Source: Candidatus Omnitrophota bacterium (lineage in GTDB: Bacteria; Omnitrophota; Gorgyraeia; 2-01-FULL-45-10). Taken from it: a DNA stretch of 64,000 nt. Positions 21,506 through 31,900 of the stretch are shown piece by piece (the first letter of the stretch is position 1; the number at the start of each line of letters is the position of its first letter). The notes under the pieces are model-generated. The model saw nothing but the letters and a program-made list of their open reading frames with translations, did not search any database and was not told the origin of the DNA. The stretch spans positions 4,096-68,095 of the forward strand of contig JAQUSB010000006.1 of assembly GCA_028715345.1 (NCBI GenBank), read 5' to 3'. The position numbers and the translations under genes were made by a program.

Positions 21506-22612
21506 CTATTTCAGTGCCTTCTCGAGCACTTCCTTCTCGATCTTGGCCATAACTTTAGGGTTCTCTTTCAGGAATACGCGGGCGTTCTCTTTACCCTGGC
21601 CTATTTTTTCTTCTCCGTAGATCACCCAAGCGCCGCTCTTCTGTGTCACGCCGTAAGTTTCTGCCATATCGAGCACGCTGCCGGATTTCGAGATACCTTC
21701 GTCGAACATTATATCGAATTCGGCTTTCCGGAACGGCGGCGCTACTTTATTTTTCACTATCGACGCCCTGACGCGGTTACCGACGGCGACTTCGCCTTTT
21801 TTAAGCGACGCTATGCGGCGCAGGTCGATCCTCACCGACGCGTAGAATTTCAGCGCCCTGCCGCCCGGCGTAGTTTCGGGATTACCGAACATCACACCTA
21901 TCTTCTCGCGTACCTGGTTAATGAATATGACGCAGGTCTTCGACTTTGCGATAGCACCTGAGAGCTTCCTTAAAGCATGGCTCATAAGGCGCGCTTGCAG
22001 GCCCATATGCGACTGCCCCATCTCGCCCTCTATTTCCGCCTTCGGAGTGAGCGCAGCGACGGAGTCTATGACGAGCACGTCTATCGCGTTCGATTTGACG
22101 AGCGTCTCCGCTATCTCGAGCGCCTGCTCGCCGGTATCCGGCTGTGACATCAGGAGATTATCGAGGTTTACGCCGATGATCTTGGCATAGCCCGGATCGA
22201 ACGCGTGTTCAGCGTCTATGAACGCGGCCTGCCCGCCCAGCTTCTGCGCGTTCGCGATTATGCTCAAAGTCAGCGTAGTCTTTCCGCTCGATTCGGGGCC
22301 GAATATCTCGATGACCCTTCCGCGGGGCACCCCGCCCACGCCGAGCGCTATATCGATAGCGGCCGAGCCCGTAGAAATGGCCGGCACGTCGAGCTTAAAG
22401 TCCTGTCCCAGCTTCATTATAGAGCCTTTACCGAACTGCTTCTCTATATGTTCAAGCGCCAGATCGAGCGCCTTCGTCTTCTGTTCCGTTACTTTTGCCT
22501 TCAATTCCGCGGCTGTGTCTTTATCCTGCTTAACGTTTTCCTTTTTAATGTCTTCTTTTTCCTTCCCGCCGGCGGCGGATCCGCTTTTGGCGGAAGTCTT
22601 TGCTTTTACCAT
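21506..22612 (-). CDS. recA: Recombinase RecA (with ~30-aa Lys/Glu-rich N-terminal extension)
   Basis: 368 aa. [12 protein letters not shown] Walker A, L1/L2 loops. AAGGAGA RBS 8 nt upstream of ATG 22610-22612 supports the extended start. Confidence 0.95.
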   Translation of the reverse strand: MVKAKTSAKSGSAAGGKEKEDIKKENVKQDKDTAAELKAKVTEQKTKALDLALEHIEKQFGKGSIMKLGQDFKLDVPAISTGSAAIDIALGVGGVPRGRVIEIFGPESSGKTTLTLSIIANAQKLGGQAAFIDAEHAFDPGYAKIIGVNLDNLLMSQPDTGEQALEIAETLVKSNAIDVLVIDSVAALTPKAEIEGEMGQSHMGLQARLMSHALRKLSGAIAKSKTCVIFINQVREKIGVMFGNPETTPGGRALKFYASVRIDLRRIASLKKGEVAVGNRVRASIVKNKVAPPFRKAEFDIMFDEGISKSGSVLDMAETYGVTQKSGAWVIYGEEKIGQGKENARVFLKENPKVMAKIEKEVLEKALK

Positions 22613-22642
22613 TGCACCTTCTCCTTGTTGGTTTTAATCAGT

Positions 22643-22703
22643 TAATAGTATTATTAGCTTATTTGGAGCATATATTATACATTTATCACCTCCTTTATGT
22701 AAA
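22643..22703 (-). promoter_or_regulatory. Candidate recA promoter (-35 TTTACA / 18 nt / -10 TATAAT) with downstream TAATAgTATTA palindrome
   Basis: On the minus strand: TTTACA (22698-22703), TATAAT (22674-22679), an 11-bp palindrome at 22643-22653, then the AAGGAGA RBS. Confidence 0.45.
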
Positions 22704-22717
22704 GGCAATTTGTGCTT

Positions 22718-23254
22718 CTATGGGTGAAATCCTATCCTGCCCTTTGGTTTTTCTTGCGGCGGCGCCATTAACTGGCGGATCGCTTCGAATATAAGGCCTA
22801 TATCGGCATCGTGCTTGCCTATTTTCTGCTCAAGTTCCGCTAGCTTATGGGCAAGCTCCTTATGAGTCGCGAGAATCTCCCGCAATTTCACAAAGGCGCG
22901 CATAATAGCTATATTGACTTGCGCAGCTCTTTCACTATTAAGAACGCTAGATAGCATAGCTACCCCTTGCTCTGTAAAGACATAAGGAAGGTACTTAATA
23001 TTTTTACCTTTCTTCAAGGTCGCAATTTGCGACCTTGAACCTGATGTTCCATATTGAGAAATCAAGGCTTCTTCCTTTGTTAGTTGAAACATGAAATCAA
23101 CCGGAAAACGCATTATATTCCGCTTTACCTGTTCGTTAAGCCTTTTCGTCGGTACTCCATAAAGCCGGGATAGATCTCTATCAATCATTACCCTGTGACC
23201 GCGAATCATGAAAATTTTATTTTCCACAGTCTCAACTACAGCAACTCCCTTCAT
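22718..23254 (-). CDS. ORF6N/KilA-N-like domain protein (paralog 1)
   Basis: Start placed at ATG 23252-23254 (MKGVAVVE...) with GGAGGG 4 nt upstream. Conserved core IRGxxVMIDRDLxxLYGVxTKxLNxQVKRNIxRFPxxFMFQLTKxE...FTEQGVAMLSSVLNSExA...IMxxFVKLRE recalled as the ORF6N domain family. Confidence 0.75.
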   Translation of the reverse strand: MKGVAVVETVENKIFMIRGHRVMIDRDLSRLYGVPTKRLNEQVKRNIMRFPVDFMFQLTKEEALISQYGTSGSRSQIATLKKGKNIKYLPYVFTEQGVAMLSSVLNSERAAQVNIAIMRAFVKLREILATHKELAHKLAELEQKIGKHDADIGLIFEAIRQLMAPPQEKPKGRIGFHP

Positions 23255-23371
23255 TTTACCCTCCAATCTTGAAGTCACAACTTGTGACATCCTCCCATCT
23301 ATAAAGACGGTTTTCGCCCCGATTTGTTGCAGCCGATTTTAAAATAATTTTGGCGTCTATTTTTCCGGATG

Positions 23372-23380
23372 TGGTATAAT
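23372..23380 (+). promoter_or_regulatory. Extended -10 promoter element (TGgTATAAT) 7 nt upstream of the cinA ATG
   Basis: TGG TATAAT at 23372-23380; cinA ATG at 23388-23390; no SD between them. This implies a leaderless or near-leaderless transcript. Confidence 0.5.
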
Positions 23381-23387
23381 TCGAAAT

Positions 23388-24620
23388 ATGACCGCAGAAA
23401 TAATATCGATAGGCACCGAACTACTGCTTGGCCATATCATAAACACCAATACAGCCTTCCTATCCCAGAAACTCGCTGAAGCAGGCATCGACGTATATCA
23501 TACTTCGGTAGTCGGCGATAATCCTAAACGCCTGGTCGAGTCATTGAAACAGGCGCTCGCGCGCGCCGATATCATCATCACCACCGGCGGCCTCGGCCCG
23601 ACAGTAGACGACATCACGATCGAAACGATAGCGAAATTTTTCGGCAGGAAACTCGTCCGCAATAAAATGGTCGTGAAATGCCTTCGGGATTATTTCAAAC
23701 TGCGCGGAACGAAAATACTTTCAGCAACTATGCGGCAGGCCTATACGCCGGAAGGCGTAAAGTGCATCCGCAATAACGTCGGCACCGCTCCGGGCCTTCT
23801 GATAGATCATAATAAGAAACTCGTTGTCTGCCTGCCCGGCCCGCCCAGAGAATTGAACCCGATGTTCGAGAATGCCATCCTACCCCGCCTTAGAAAAATG
23901 TCAAAAGCGGCATGGGTGATAAAGTCACGTACCATAAAAATATCGGGCGGAGCGGAATCGCAGGTAAATAAGGCGGTAAAGAAACTCCTCGAATTGAAGC
24001 CGCCGACCACTGTGGGAATTTACGCGAAACTCGGCCATGTCGAATTAAGGATAATGACGAAAGCAAAGAATGAAAAACTCGCGCAGGCCGCGATAGATAG
24101 AATAGAAAAGAAGGTCCGCGCAAAATTGGGCGGTTATATATTCGGCGCGGACGACGAAACGCTGGAAGGCGCCGTCGCCGGGCTTCTGGCTGGAAAGAAA
24201 ATGACGATAGCGGCCGCCGAATCCTGCACCGGCGGGCTCTTGTCCGACAGGCTCACAAATATAAGCGGCAGTTCGCGTTATTTCGTTATGGGGCTTGTCG
24301 CCTACTCGAATTCCGTCAAAGAAAACGTACTCGGCGTTTCGAAATATACCTTACGGGATCACGGGGCAGTTTCCGAAGAAGTCGCGCTGGAGATGGCCAA
24401 ACGGATAAGATCGCTCGGCGGAACGGACATTGGCATAGGGATAACAGGCATTGCCGGCCCCAAGGGCGGGACGAAGAAAAAACCTGTTGGCCTCGTCTAT
24501 ATAGCGCTCGTCCTGCCGCGTAAAAAAGTGGTAAAAGAATTCCGTTTCAAAGGTTCGCGTGATGAGATAAAATTTTTATCCACGCAAGTAGCGCTCGACC
24601 TCATTCGAAAAAATATATAA
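23388..24620 (+). CDS. cinA: Competence/damage-inducible protein CinA (MoeA-like N-domain + CinA C-domain)
   Basis: 410 aa. IISIGTELLLGHIINTN...TTGGLGPTVDDIT N-terminal motifs. C-terminal CinA domain (ESCTGG). Confidence 0.9.
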   Translation: MTAEIISIGTELLLGHIINTNTAFLSQKLAEAGIDVYHTSVVGDNPKRLVESLKQALARADIIITTGGLGPTVDDITIETIAKFFGRKLVRNKMVVKCLRDYFKLRGTKILSATMRQAYTPEGVKCIRNNVGTAPGLLIDHNKKLVVCLPGPPRELNPMFENAILPRLRKMSKAAWVIKSRTIKISGGAESQVNKAVKKLLELKPPTTVGIYAKLGHVELRIMTKAKNEKLAQAAIDRIEKKVRAKLGGYIFGADDETLEGAVAGLLAGKKMTIAAAESCTGGLLSDRLTNISGSSRYFVMGLVAYSNSVKENVLGVSKYTLRDHGAVSEEVALEMAKRIRSLGGTDIGIGITGIAGPKGGTKKKPVGLVYIALVLPRKKVVKEFRFKGSRDEIKFLSTQVALDLIRKNI

Positions 24621-24630
24621 TTCGGTCCTT

Positions 24631-25194
24631 ATGAGAACTTTTGTTGCCATAGAACTTTCCGAAGATATCAAATCGGCTCTCGACCAGGTCGAATCGCACC
24701 TGAAATATTCCGGCGCCGATGTTAAATGGGTTGCTAAAGAAAATATCCATCTCACTCTGAAATTCTTGGGCGAGATCGACGAGGCAAAGTGCGAAAAGGT
24801 AAAGTCGATCCTCGATACGATCGCTAAATCGACCAAACCCTTCGAAATTTCGTTAAAGGATATCGGCGCGTTCCCGAATATCGATCACCCTAAAGTGATC
24901 TGGGTGGGCCTCGATAAAGGCGCTGTTGAGTCGATCGAGCTTGCGGGTAAAATAGATTCCGAGCTCGCGAAGATCGGATTCGAAAAAGAGACCCGCCCGT
25001 TTACTGCGCACCTGACCATCGGCCGTGTCCGTTCTCCGAAAAATAAGCAAGCGATGAAAGAGAAAATTACGGGTTACCAATTGCCAGCGGCTAGCACCCC
25101 GCACTTTAGCGCGGGCACTCTTACGCTCTTTCAGAGCAAACTTACTCCTTCCGGCTCGATCTACACAAAACTTCACGAGGCAAAACTCGCTTAA
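24631..25194 (+). CDS. thpR: RNA 2',3'-cyclic phosphodiesterase (2H family, ThpR/LigT)
   Basis: 187 aa. Two HxT/S-x motifs (HLTLKF and HLTIGR) about 80 aa apart. Confidence 0.85.
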   Translation: MRTFVAIELSEDIKSALDQVESHLKYSGADVKWVAKENIHLTLKFLGEIDEAKCEKVKSILDTIAKSTKPFEISLKDIGAFPNIDHPKVIWVGLDKGAVESIELAGKIDSELAKIGFEKETRPFTAHLTIGRVRSPKNKQAMKEKITGYQLPAASTPHFSAGTLTLFQSKLTPSGSIYTKLHEAKLA

Positions 25195-25703
25195 GGGTGA
25201 AACCCTATCTGCCGCTTCGCTTTTTCCGGCGGCGCCATTAATTGCCTTATAGCTTCAAATATTAACCCTATGTCAGAATCATGCTTATCTATTTTTCTTT
25301 CAAGCTCAGCCAATTTGTACGCAAGTTCTTTATGCGCACTTATAACCTCGCGCAACTTCATGAACGTTTTTATTATGCCTATATTTATGTTTATCGCTTT
25401 TTCGCTGTTCAAAACACTTGAAAGCATCGCTACACCATGTTCGGTAAAAGCATGCGGCAGTACATACGAATGCTTCATTCTTGTGAACTGGTGCCAATTT
25501 GGCACCAGTTCACCCATCTCTTTTTTGGTTAACTGAAACATAAATTCTCCAGGAAAGCGTTGAATATTACGCTTAACCTGCCTATTAAGATGCTTAGTTT
25601 TTACACCATATAATTCGGCTAAGTCTCTATCTATCATAACTTTAACACCTCTTATTACAAATATTTTCTTCTCGATAACTTCCTGTGGTACAAATACTTT
25701 CAT
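25191..25703 (-). CDS. ORF6N/KilA-N-like domain protein (paralog 2)
   Basis: Start placed at ATG 25701-25703 (MKVFVPQE...) with GGAGG 5 nt upstream. The ORF-finder's TTG start at 25757 is rejected. About 55-60% identical to paralog 1 over the core; last ~45 aa nearly identical. Its stop codon overlaps the thpR stop codon (convergent). Confidence 0.75.
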   Translation of the reverse strand: MKVFVPQEVIEKKIFVIRGVKVMIDRDLAELYGVKTKHLNRQVKRNIQRFPGEFMFQLTKKEMGELVPNWHQFTRMKHSYVLPHAFTEHGVAMLSSVLNSEKAININIGIIKTFMKLREVISAHKELAYKLAELERKIDKHDSDIGLIFEAIRQLMAPPEKAKRQIGFHP

Positions 25704-25802
25704 CTTTTCCTCCATTTTTTCTAAGGCAAAACTTGATGTTCCAATTTGGCACTTCAAGATGTCTTCACATATAAAGACGATTTTTCCGGTAGATTTATTG
25801 CG

Positions 25803-25888
25803 AAATATTTTAAAATAAAATGCCCGGGCGCGGGATTTAGGTACGCTAACTCGGGGGGAAGCGCCCTAAATCCCGTTTAACCCGGGCA
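25803..25888 (-). terminator. Rho-independent terminator of the giant gene
   Basis: On the minus strand, a GC-rich imperfect hairpin (GCCCGGG...GGGAUUUAGG / CCUAAAUCCC...CCCGGGC, about 19 bp paired; 25821-25888) is followed by UUUUAUUUUAAAAUAUUU (25803-25820). It lies 16 nt after the giant-ORF stop (25904-25906). Confidence 0.8.
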
Positions 25889-25903
25889 TAAATTTGTCTT
25901 CGA

Positions 25904-28900
25904 TTACGCGGCCATTAGCGCGTCTTCGACCATCTTCTTGTAATGATTCAGCCTGTCCTCTACGTCGATCTTTGTAACAGGTTTAAATCTGAGTATTACG
26001 CTAAGCGCTAATGCCAGCGAATCCGTAAGGATCTCGTCGGTAACCTGCACATCGCCGAAGAGGAAATTCATCCCCATCTTTATACGGGCAGTGTCTTTCT
26101 CCATCATCGCTTTCGCAAGGTCTGCCACCGCTTCAAGGTAAAGGTAGTTGGTCCCCTCGAGTTTGCTTATGACAAGTATCGTCGCCTTCAACTTCTCAGG
26201 ATTCTGCTCGAGACCGCGCTGTTTGCATAATCTTGTAAATTCATCGCGCGTCATTATGCAGGCCGCCGTCCCCTCGCCCGCCGTCCTGTCTACATCTTCC
26301 CTCGACGCTATCTCTTTTATCTCATCGAAGGACCCGACCCTGACCGGCTTATCGTTACCGACGAGTCCTCTGAGATGCTCGGCGTCCTCTGTTTCGAAGA
26401 GCCTTTCCGAAAATACTATCTGCGCGCCGGCGGGAAGAGGGGTTGCCGCGAGGCTCTCCCTGAACCTTCTATCTGCCGCGGTTATCATATCGCTTACCTC
26501 ATCACCCGCATTCGCGCCGGCGGCATCGGTGACTATTTGCGTCTCATCGGCCAAATCGTCTTCGCCATCCGAACTTCGGCGCTCCGACGCGGCGCTTGGC
26601 TCTTGCTCGGGTGACGGTTCGACCGGGTAAAAGCTTTTCATAAAACTATCGACTTTGGCCATTGCCTTCTTGATAAATTCTTCAGCTTCGGGACTTGAAC
26701 GTATGTGTCTGTATGCATTATCAAGCTGATCCCTGAAGTTTATAATCCATGCTGAGCTTTGCCAGACACCTGTAGATTCTGCATTAGCCGCACCGTATTT
26801 TTTGATTATCGCCCTTGATAATGTCAAATAAACTTCCGTCCCGATATCCATGAGGTCGCACAAGGCGTTAAAATCTACTTCTGCGCTATTTGAATAACCT
26901 CTGCTGATATTACCCGAAATCGCATCGGGATCGCCTATCTCTTTCTGCAATTCATCAGGGGTCATGACACCCCAGAAAAGCCAGTTAATATTCCCGTTTA
27001 CTATATCGCGCGTAGATTGGTTTAAAACGGGATGGCGTTTATTCACAGTGTCCTGTATAAGCTTGGCAATAAAACGATATGCCGTTACTTGTTTTTCATT
27101 TCCTATAGCCTTATTATATTCAAAGCGGCCGCCTTCTACCATTTCCGCAAGCGTTTGTTCCGTAACATTTTCATTCCAGATAAGCTCCTCCGCCCCGGCG
27201 CTTGGCGCAGGCGACGGTGCGGCGGGAGCAATGCCAGTATTGTCTACAAAACTTATTCCTAATAAGTGCGCTAAAGATCCGAGCTTTTCGCAAATAATAG
27301 GCAGGGTTTTACGCAGAGGATGAAGATCAGGGATAGCTGACCTTGATTCCAACCTTATGCCTTTACTTTTTTGCGCTAAAGATATTCCGGCAACTAAGCT
27401 AGGCATATTGTCTTGTGTTGATAATTCGTTTGTATCATAAAACTCTATCCTCCATTCGTCATAACTGGCTGAAATTGTCCAGGCAATACTAGGACATTCA
27501 CTGGATAATGGTTTTCCAACTCCAAAATGTAGCTCAATATAAGAAAATGGATCTCTCGTATACCTAGCCCTTGCAAATTTAACCACGCCTGGGATGCCCG
27601 AAGCTTCTTCCGGCTTTTCAGGCATACCGCTGGCAAATCTCAGCGCTCCGCCCGACCTCAAAGGACTCTGCATTTCTCTTAGCGCCTGCGTATCGGGCGC
27701 GGTCGGGCCTCCGGCCTGCGGAAATATAGCGCGGTGTTTCGCGCCATCGTCTCTACGCATCGCACCGTCTACTTTATGCGCTTCACTTATTTTCGTCGTG
27801 TCGTCTCCGACCTGCGAGCTTCCGCGCCCGAGAGCAGCGGCAGGCATAGATGCGTCGATATCAAAAAGTAATTTTCCGTCCTGGTTAAAGACTCTAAGGG
27901 ATCTATCAGGGAATTCTTTTACGAAGAAATCCCTGAACTCTTCCGCATATTGGTCGTATACTATTACCCCGACAATAGCTTCAGGGGGGACATATTTTGT
28001 ATGCACCTCATCATGGGTAGGATCCTTTACTAAATGCGCTTCTTCGTATCTTATATTGCTATATATACTACCGGTTTCATCCCTGTAATTTGAAGACATA
28101 ACATGCGTATCTTTAAAAAATTCGCCGCAAGCTGTAAAGTCATTGATATGCTGCCGCAGGTAATACGGGCTGATTATCAGCGCTAAATCAAATTTATGAT
28201 CTTTCCAAAGCTCGTCGCTGTCTATACGCCATTTCAGAGCCGGATCTGGGGCGCCCCAAATGCTATTGCATGCAGATGTAGAGGAATAACCCAACTTGCC
28301 CACCATAGATAGCGACACCTTGCTGGGATCACCGCGCCCGACAAAATCATATTTTTTGAATCTAGGAGGAAGGTCATTCCACGGTTTAATGCCTTCCCTG
28401 AATATCGATAATAAACTATCTACTCGATCTTCAGGATCAAGGTGAGCTGCAACATGCCCATGGATAAGAAGCCCCGGCGTATTAATATCGGTTACTGTCG
28501 TAAATAGCGCAACGTAAGTTCGTCTTAGCAGCGCCTTGTTTTTATACAATACCGGCGTTGCGTTCGGCAGCATATTCTTACGCCAGTCTATCTGACTACT
28601 GGCGTCAAGAAGATTTCTATCGCCCATAGCCGCCCGCATTGCGCTCGTCTGCGTTCCATGGCCAAATGCCACTACTGTACGATTTTTGTATTGCGAATTA
28701 AGTTTTATCATGAGGTCTCGGCTGCGTTTTATCATATCGATAAAACTCTGCCCGCCCTTAGGCCGGATCGTCGCGTCTAATCCTTTGCGATACCTTGTTG
28801 CTAATGCCGCCTCTTCCGCGCTTAATTGATCTTCTCTTTTATTATCCCATATGCCGAAATTGATCTCGTTTAAAAGCTCGTCCGGGGCCGTCTCTACAAC

Positions 28901-31900
28901 TACGCCCGTTCTCTCTTTGACTAGATCTACGAAGGCCTTTGCCGTATCCTTTGCGCGGCTAAGCTGGCTTGTAAGAATTACTATCTTTTCGCCGGATATT
29001 ATCCTGACTTCCAGCTGCCTGAACAATTCTATAGCTGCCGAGCCGGCCTGCTCCAGGCCTCTTTTATTCAGTTTATTTATCGGCTCATCGAGCATTCCCT
29101 GGAATATGCCTTCTGCGTTCCCGTACGTTTCTCCGTGCCTGACCATCCATAGGTCGAATTCGGGCTCTATGAACCCGGCCTCGCCGAATCTTATTCTGCC
29201 CGTACTGTCATCTACGAGAATGCTGCCCCCCATATCCTCCGGCCGCACTGCAGCGTAAGGATCGGTACCGGTTTTCCTTTGGGGCACGGATTTTTTCGGC
29301 GGCACAATCACAACTTCTTCGACAATCTTGTCTATACCCCCCTTGCGGTAGATCTCTGCTCTTACATCCAAATCGAACTCGCTTAACATTATGGCAATGT
29401 TTTTAACTAAAATAGACCGCTGTGAAATAGCCCGCGCCAATTCGTTCTTAAGGTTATCTTTACCTGTATCTATGCCTACGGCCTGCAGAAGAGCTTTAAC
29501 GTGGGGGTTATCCAAACAGACCTCTGCAAACATTCTCTCATCCAGCGTAGTCAGCCTTGTTAATGTCCTCATCGTTGCGTCTATTTCTGAAACGACATCT
29601 CCGCTGGCATTCGTGGCCATATGGTCTATCTCATGCGGTATGCTGAAATGTTCAAACTTTGCCCTGCGCGCGCTCGTAGCCCTGCCGGTAATAATATCGC
29701 TCACTTCTTTCTCCGAAACATAAATAATAAATCTGCCGTTAATAAGCCTTATGATGGAATCCGTAGGCAAATCGGGACTGATTGCGAATCCTATATCCCT
29801 GCCCGTCCCCGCCGCGTCATGCACAGCTTTAATATTGACTAAGTAGGACAATTCTTCCGGAGTAGGCTGCCTGTTTTTTACTGAATCCGCAAAAGCGCTG
29901 CTGCCTACCGAGACGACAAATGGTGAGCGGGATTCCCGCCTATGAAGGCTCACACCCACGAACAGGCATCTTATCTCATCTTCCGTATATGGAAATTTCA
30001 TAATTGATTTTTCCGGATCGTATTCCGAGCCAAATAGGTCATTACCGTTATCGATGAAATCCTCTCTTCGGAAAGGATTTTTCATGAAATGTCCGGCGAT
30101 CCTTTCATCAAGAAATACGCCTTCTATTTCGGTAAAAGAATCGGCGATACGCTTGTTAAATGAATCGATATTATCGACAAACTCCCTGGCAGCATCCGCT
30201 GATTCGGAAATATCTCCCACGTCAAAAATAGTCAAATCATCGTCTGATTTTCTTATCCCGTAATTTCCCACGATATTATGAGTATCGATGTCGACGACAC
30301 CTCTCTTATACATCGCGATAACGAGCCGTTTGAATTTATCGACATAACTTATCGCGCGCTTCAATTCATCGTCACTGCACCCTTTCCGCCCCAATGGTTT
30401 TAAATAATCTATAAGAGGCAAAACCTTTCTTTGCACGATCGCTACTTTGCTCTCAACGCGTCCCTGGGTTTCAGTATAAAAAACGAACGGTTTTTGCTGT
30501 GCGGCGCGCGTATCTATTATCATGAGATCCGCGGCAGGGCCCTGACCCAATCTCTTCATCGCTATCTTCGCGCCATCCAGCGAATAGATATCGGCATACG
30601 CCATCGCATGTTCACCGTTCGGCACTTTAGCCACAAACCCGTCTGCCGGATCTTCGTCTTTGTAGCAAATCAAGTATCTGCCGACACCTCCATAGCTAAG
30701 CATATCTGTCCATACAACGGCTTTCCCGGAGGTTTCAGCGGACGGTTTTAAATTTTCATGAACTTTCCTTATAGCGCTTACAAGGTATGCTGCATCTACT
30801 TCCAGCGCTTCTTCTATTCCTATCCGATTAAGAATATCTCTCTTCTCTCCGATATTCTTGGCCGTCTCCGCCTTTTCTATAACTTCGAAATCGACAGTAT
30901 TTAACTTCCTAATAAACCTGTCAAATACATCCCACCTGCTTTCCTTGCGATCCGATCGCCTTCTCGGGCGACCGCCAAAAGGCGAAGATGCCGGCCTGTC
31001 ATTATTGAGAAACTCGTCCCCACCCAGCGAGCTTCCGTGCTCCGCCGCCACGTCCGGTTCTGTTTTCGTCGCAGCCGGCTTTGTTGCGCTATATTCATCT
31101 GTCTTCTTTACAAAAACCATACTCGGGAAGGAAGGTACCATTGAATTCGGAACTTTGTAACCGGTAAATCGCGCCGCAGGAAAGAACTTTTCGAAGTAAT
31201 TATCGGCCGTTGTAAGATTAAGAATGATAAACATTGCGCCGGGCTTAGCCTGACCGGCAAAGTTCCTGTAAAGGGTCTCCTGTTCACGCGGAAAAGCGCC
31301 CCTATCCACATAGACGACTATATCGTATCCGCTCAGATCCTTCTTTGTAAAATCATTATCGTTGCGTTCAGCCGGAATATTAACTATGCCTTTACCGATA
31401 ATGTTTTCACCCTCGAGGGCCGTCCTGATTTTAGCGGTCAAACCCCTTAGTTTATCATCCAATTCCGATCCGTCGGCCAGACCGGCTCCGCAGACAGCCG
31501 CCGTAAATAGAACGTCACCTCTTCCCGAGCCGGCATCGAATAACTTCTTACCCTTTATGCTGACGGGCTGTAAATTCTCATCACACAGATTGGCGAACAA
31601 CTCCCGGAGAGCGTAGATATCCGAACCGACATAAATGCCGACATCGCCGTCGACGCCTGTCGCATCGCCTTGTTGATACGGAGACTGATATTCCGGTCTT
31701 GAAAGGACACTGGAAAGGCGGGCTATTTTTCCATCTTCGATCCTAGAAGCCGCTTTGGCCTCTTCGCCCTGCGTGTTTCGAGGCAGCGGTATTTGAATCT
31801 TAATAATGTGTCCTCCGGGTTTCGGCCCTTCATGCAAAATATCGTCCTGCCAGCCTACTGTAATAGACGCTCCTTCCGGCATTGCTATAGATTCCTCGAT

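Noticed and set aside
22655-22690. 7-codon uORF (MYNICSK) with GGAGGTGATAA upstream, between ORF6N-1 and recA
   Set aside because: It falls in the spacer between the putative -35 and -10 of the recA promoter, so it would not be on the recA transcript. Probably fortuitous.
25704-25757. TTG-initiated N-terminal extension of ORF6N paralog 2, and the analogous ATG 23288-23290 extension of paralog 1
   Set aside because: Internal ATGs at 25703 and 23254 have near-perfect GGAGG sites at 4-5 nt spacing, and the conserved domain begins there. The extensions are not conserved between paralogs.
22718-25757. ORF6N paralogs as an IS element or transposon pair
   Set aside because: No transposase/DDE or recombinase motifs, and no terminal inverted repeats seen. 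They are DNA-binding domain proteins, not mobility enzymes.
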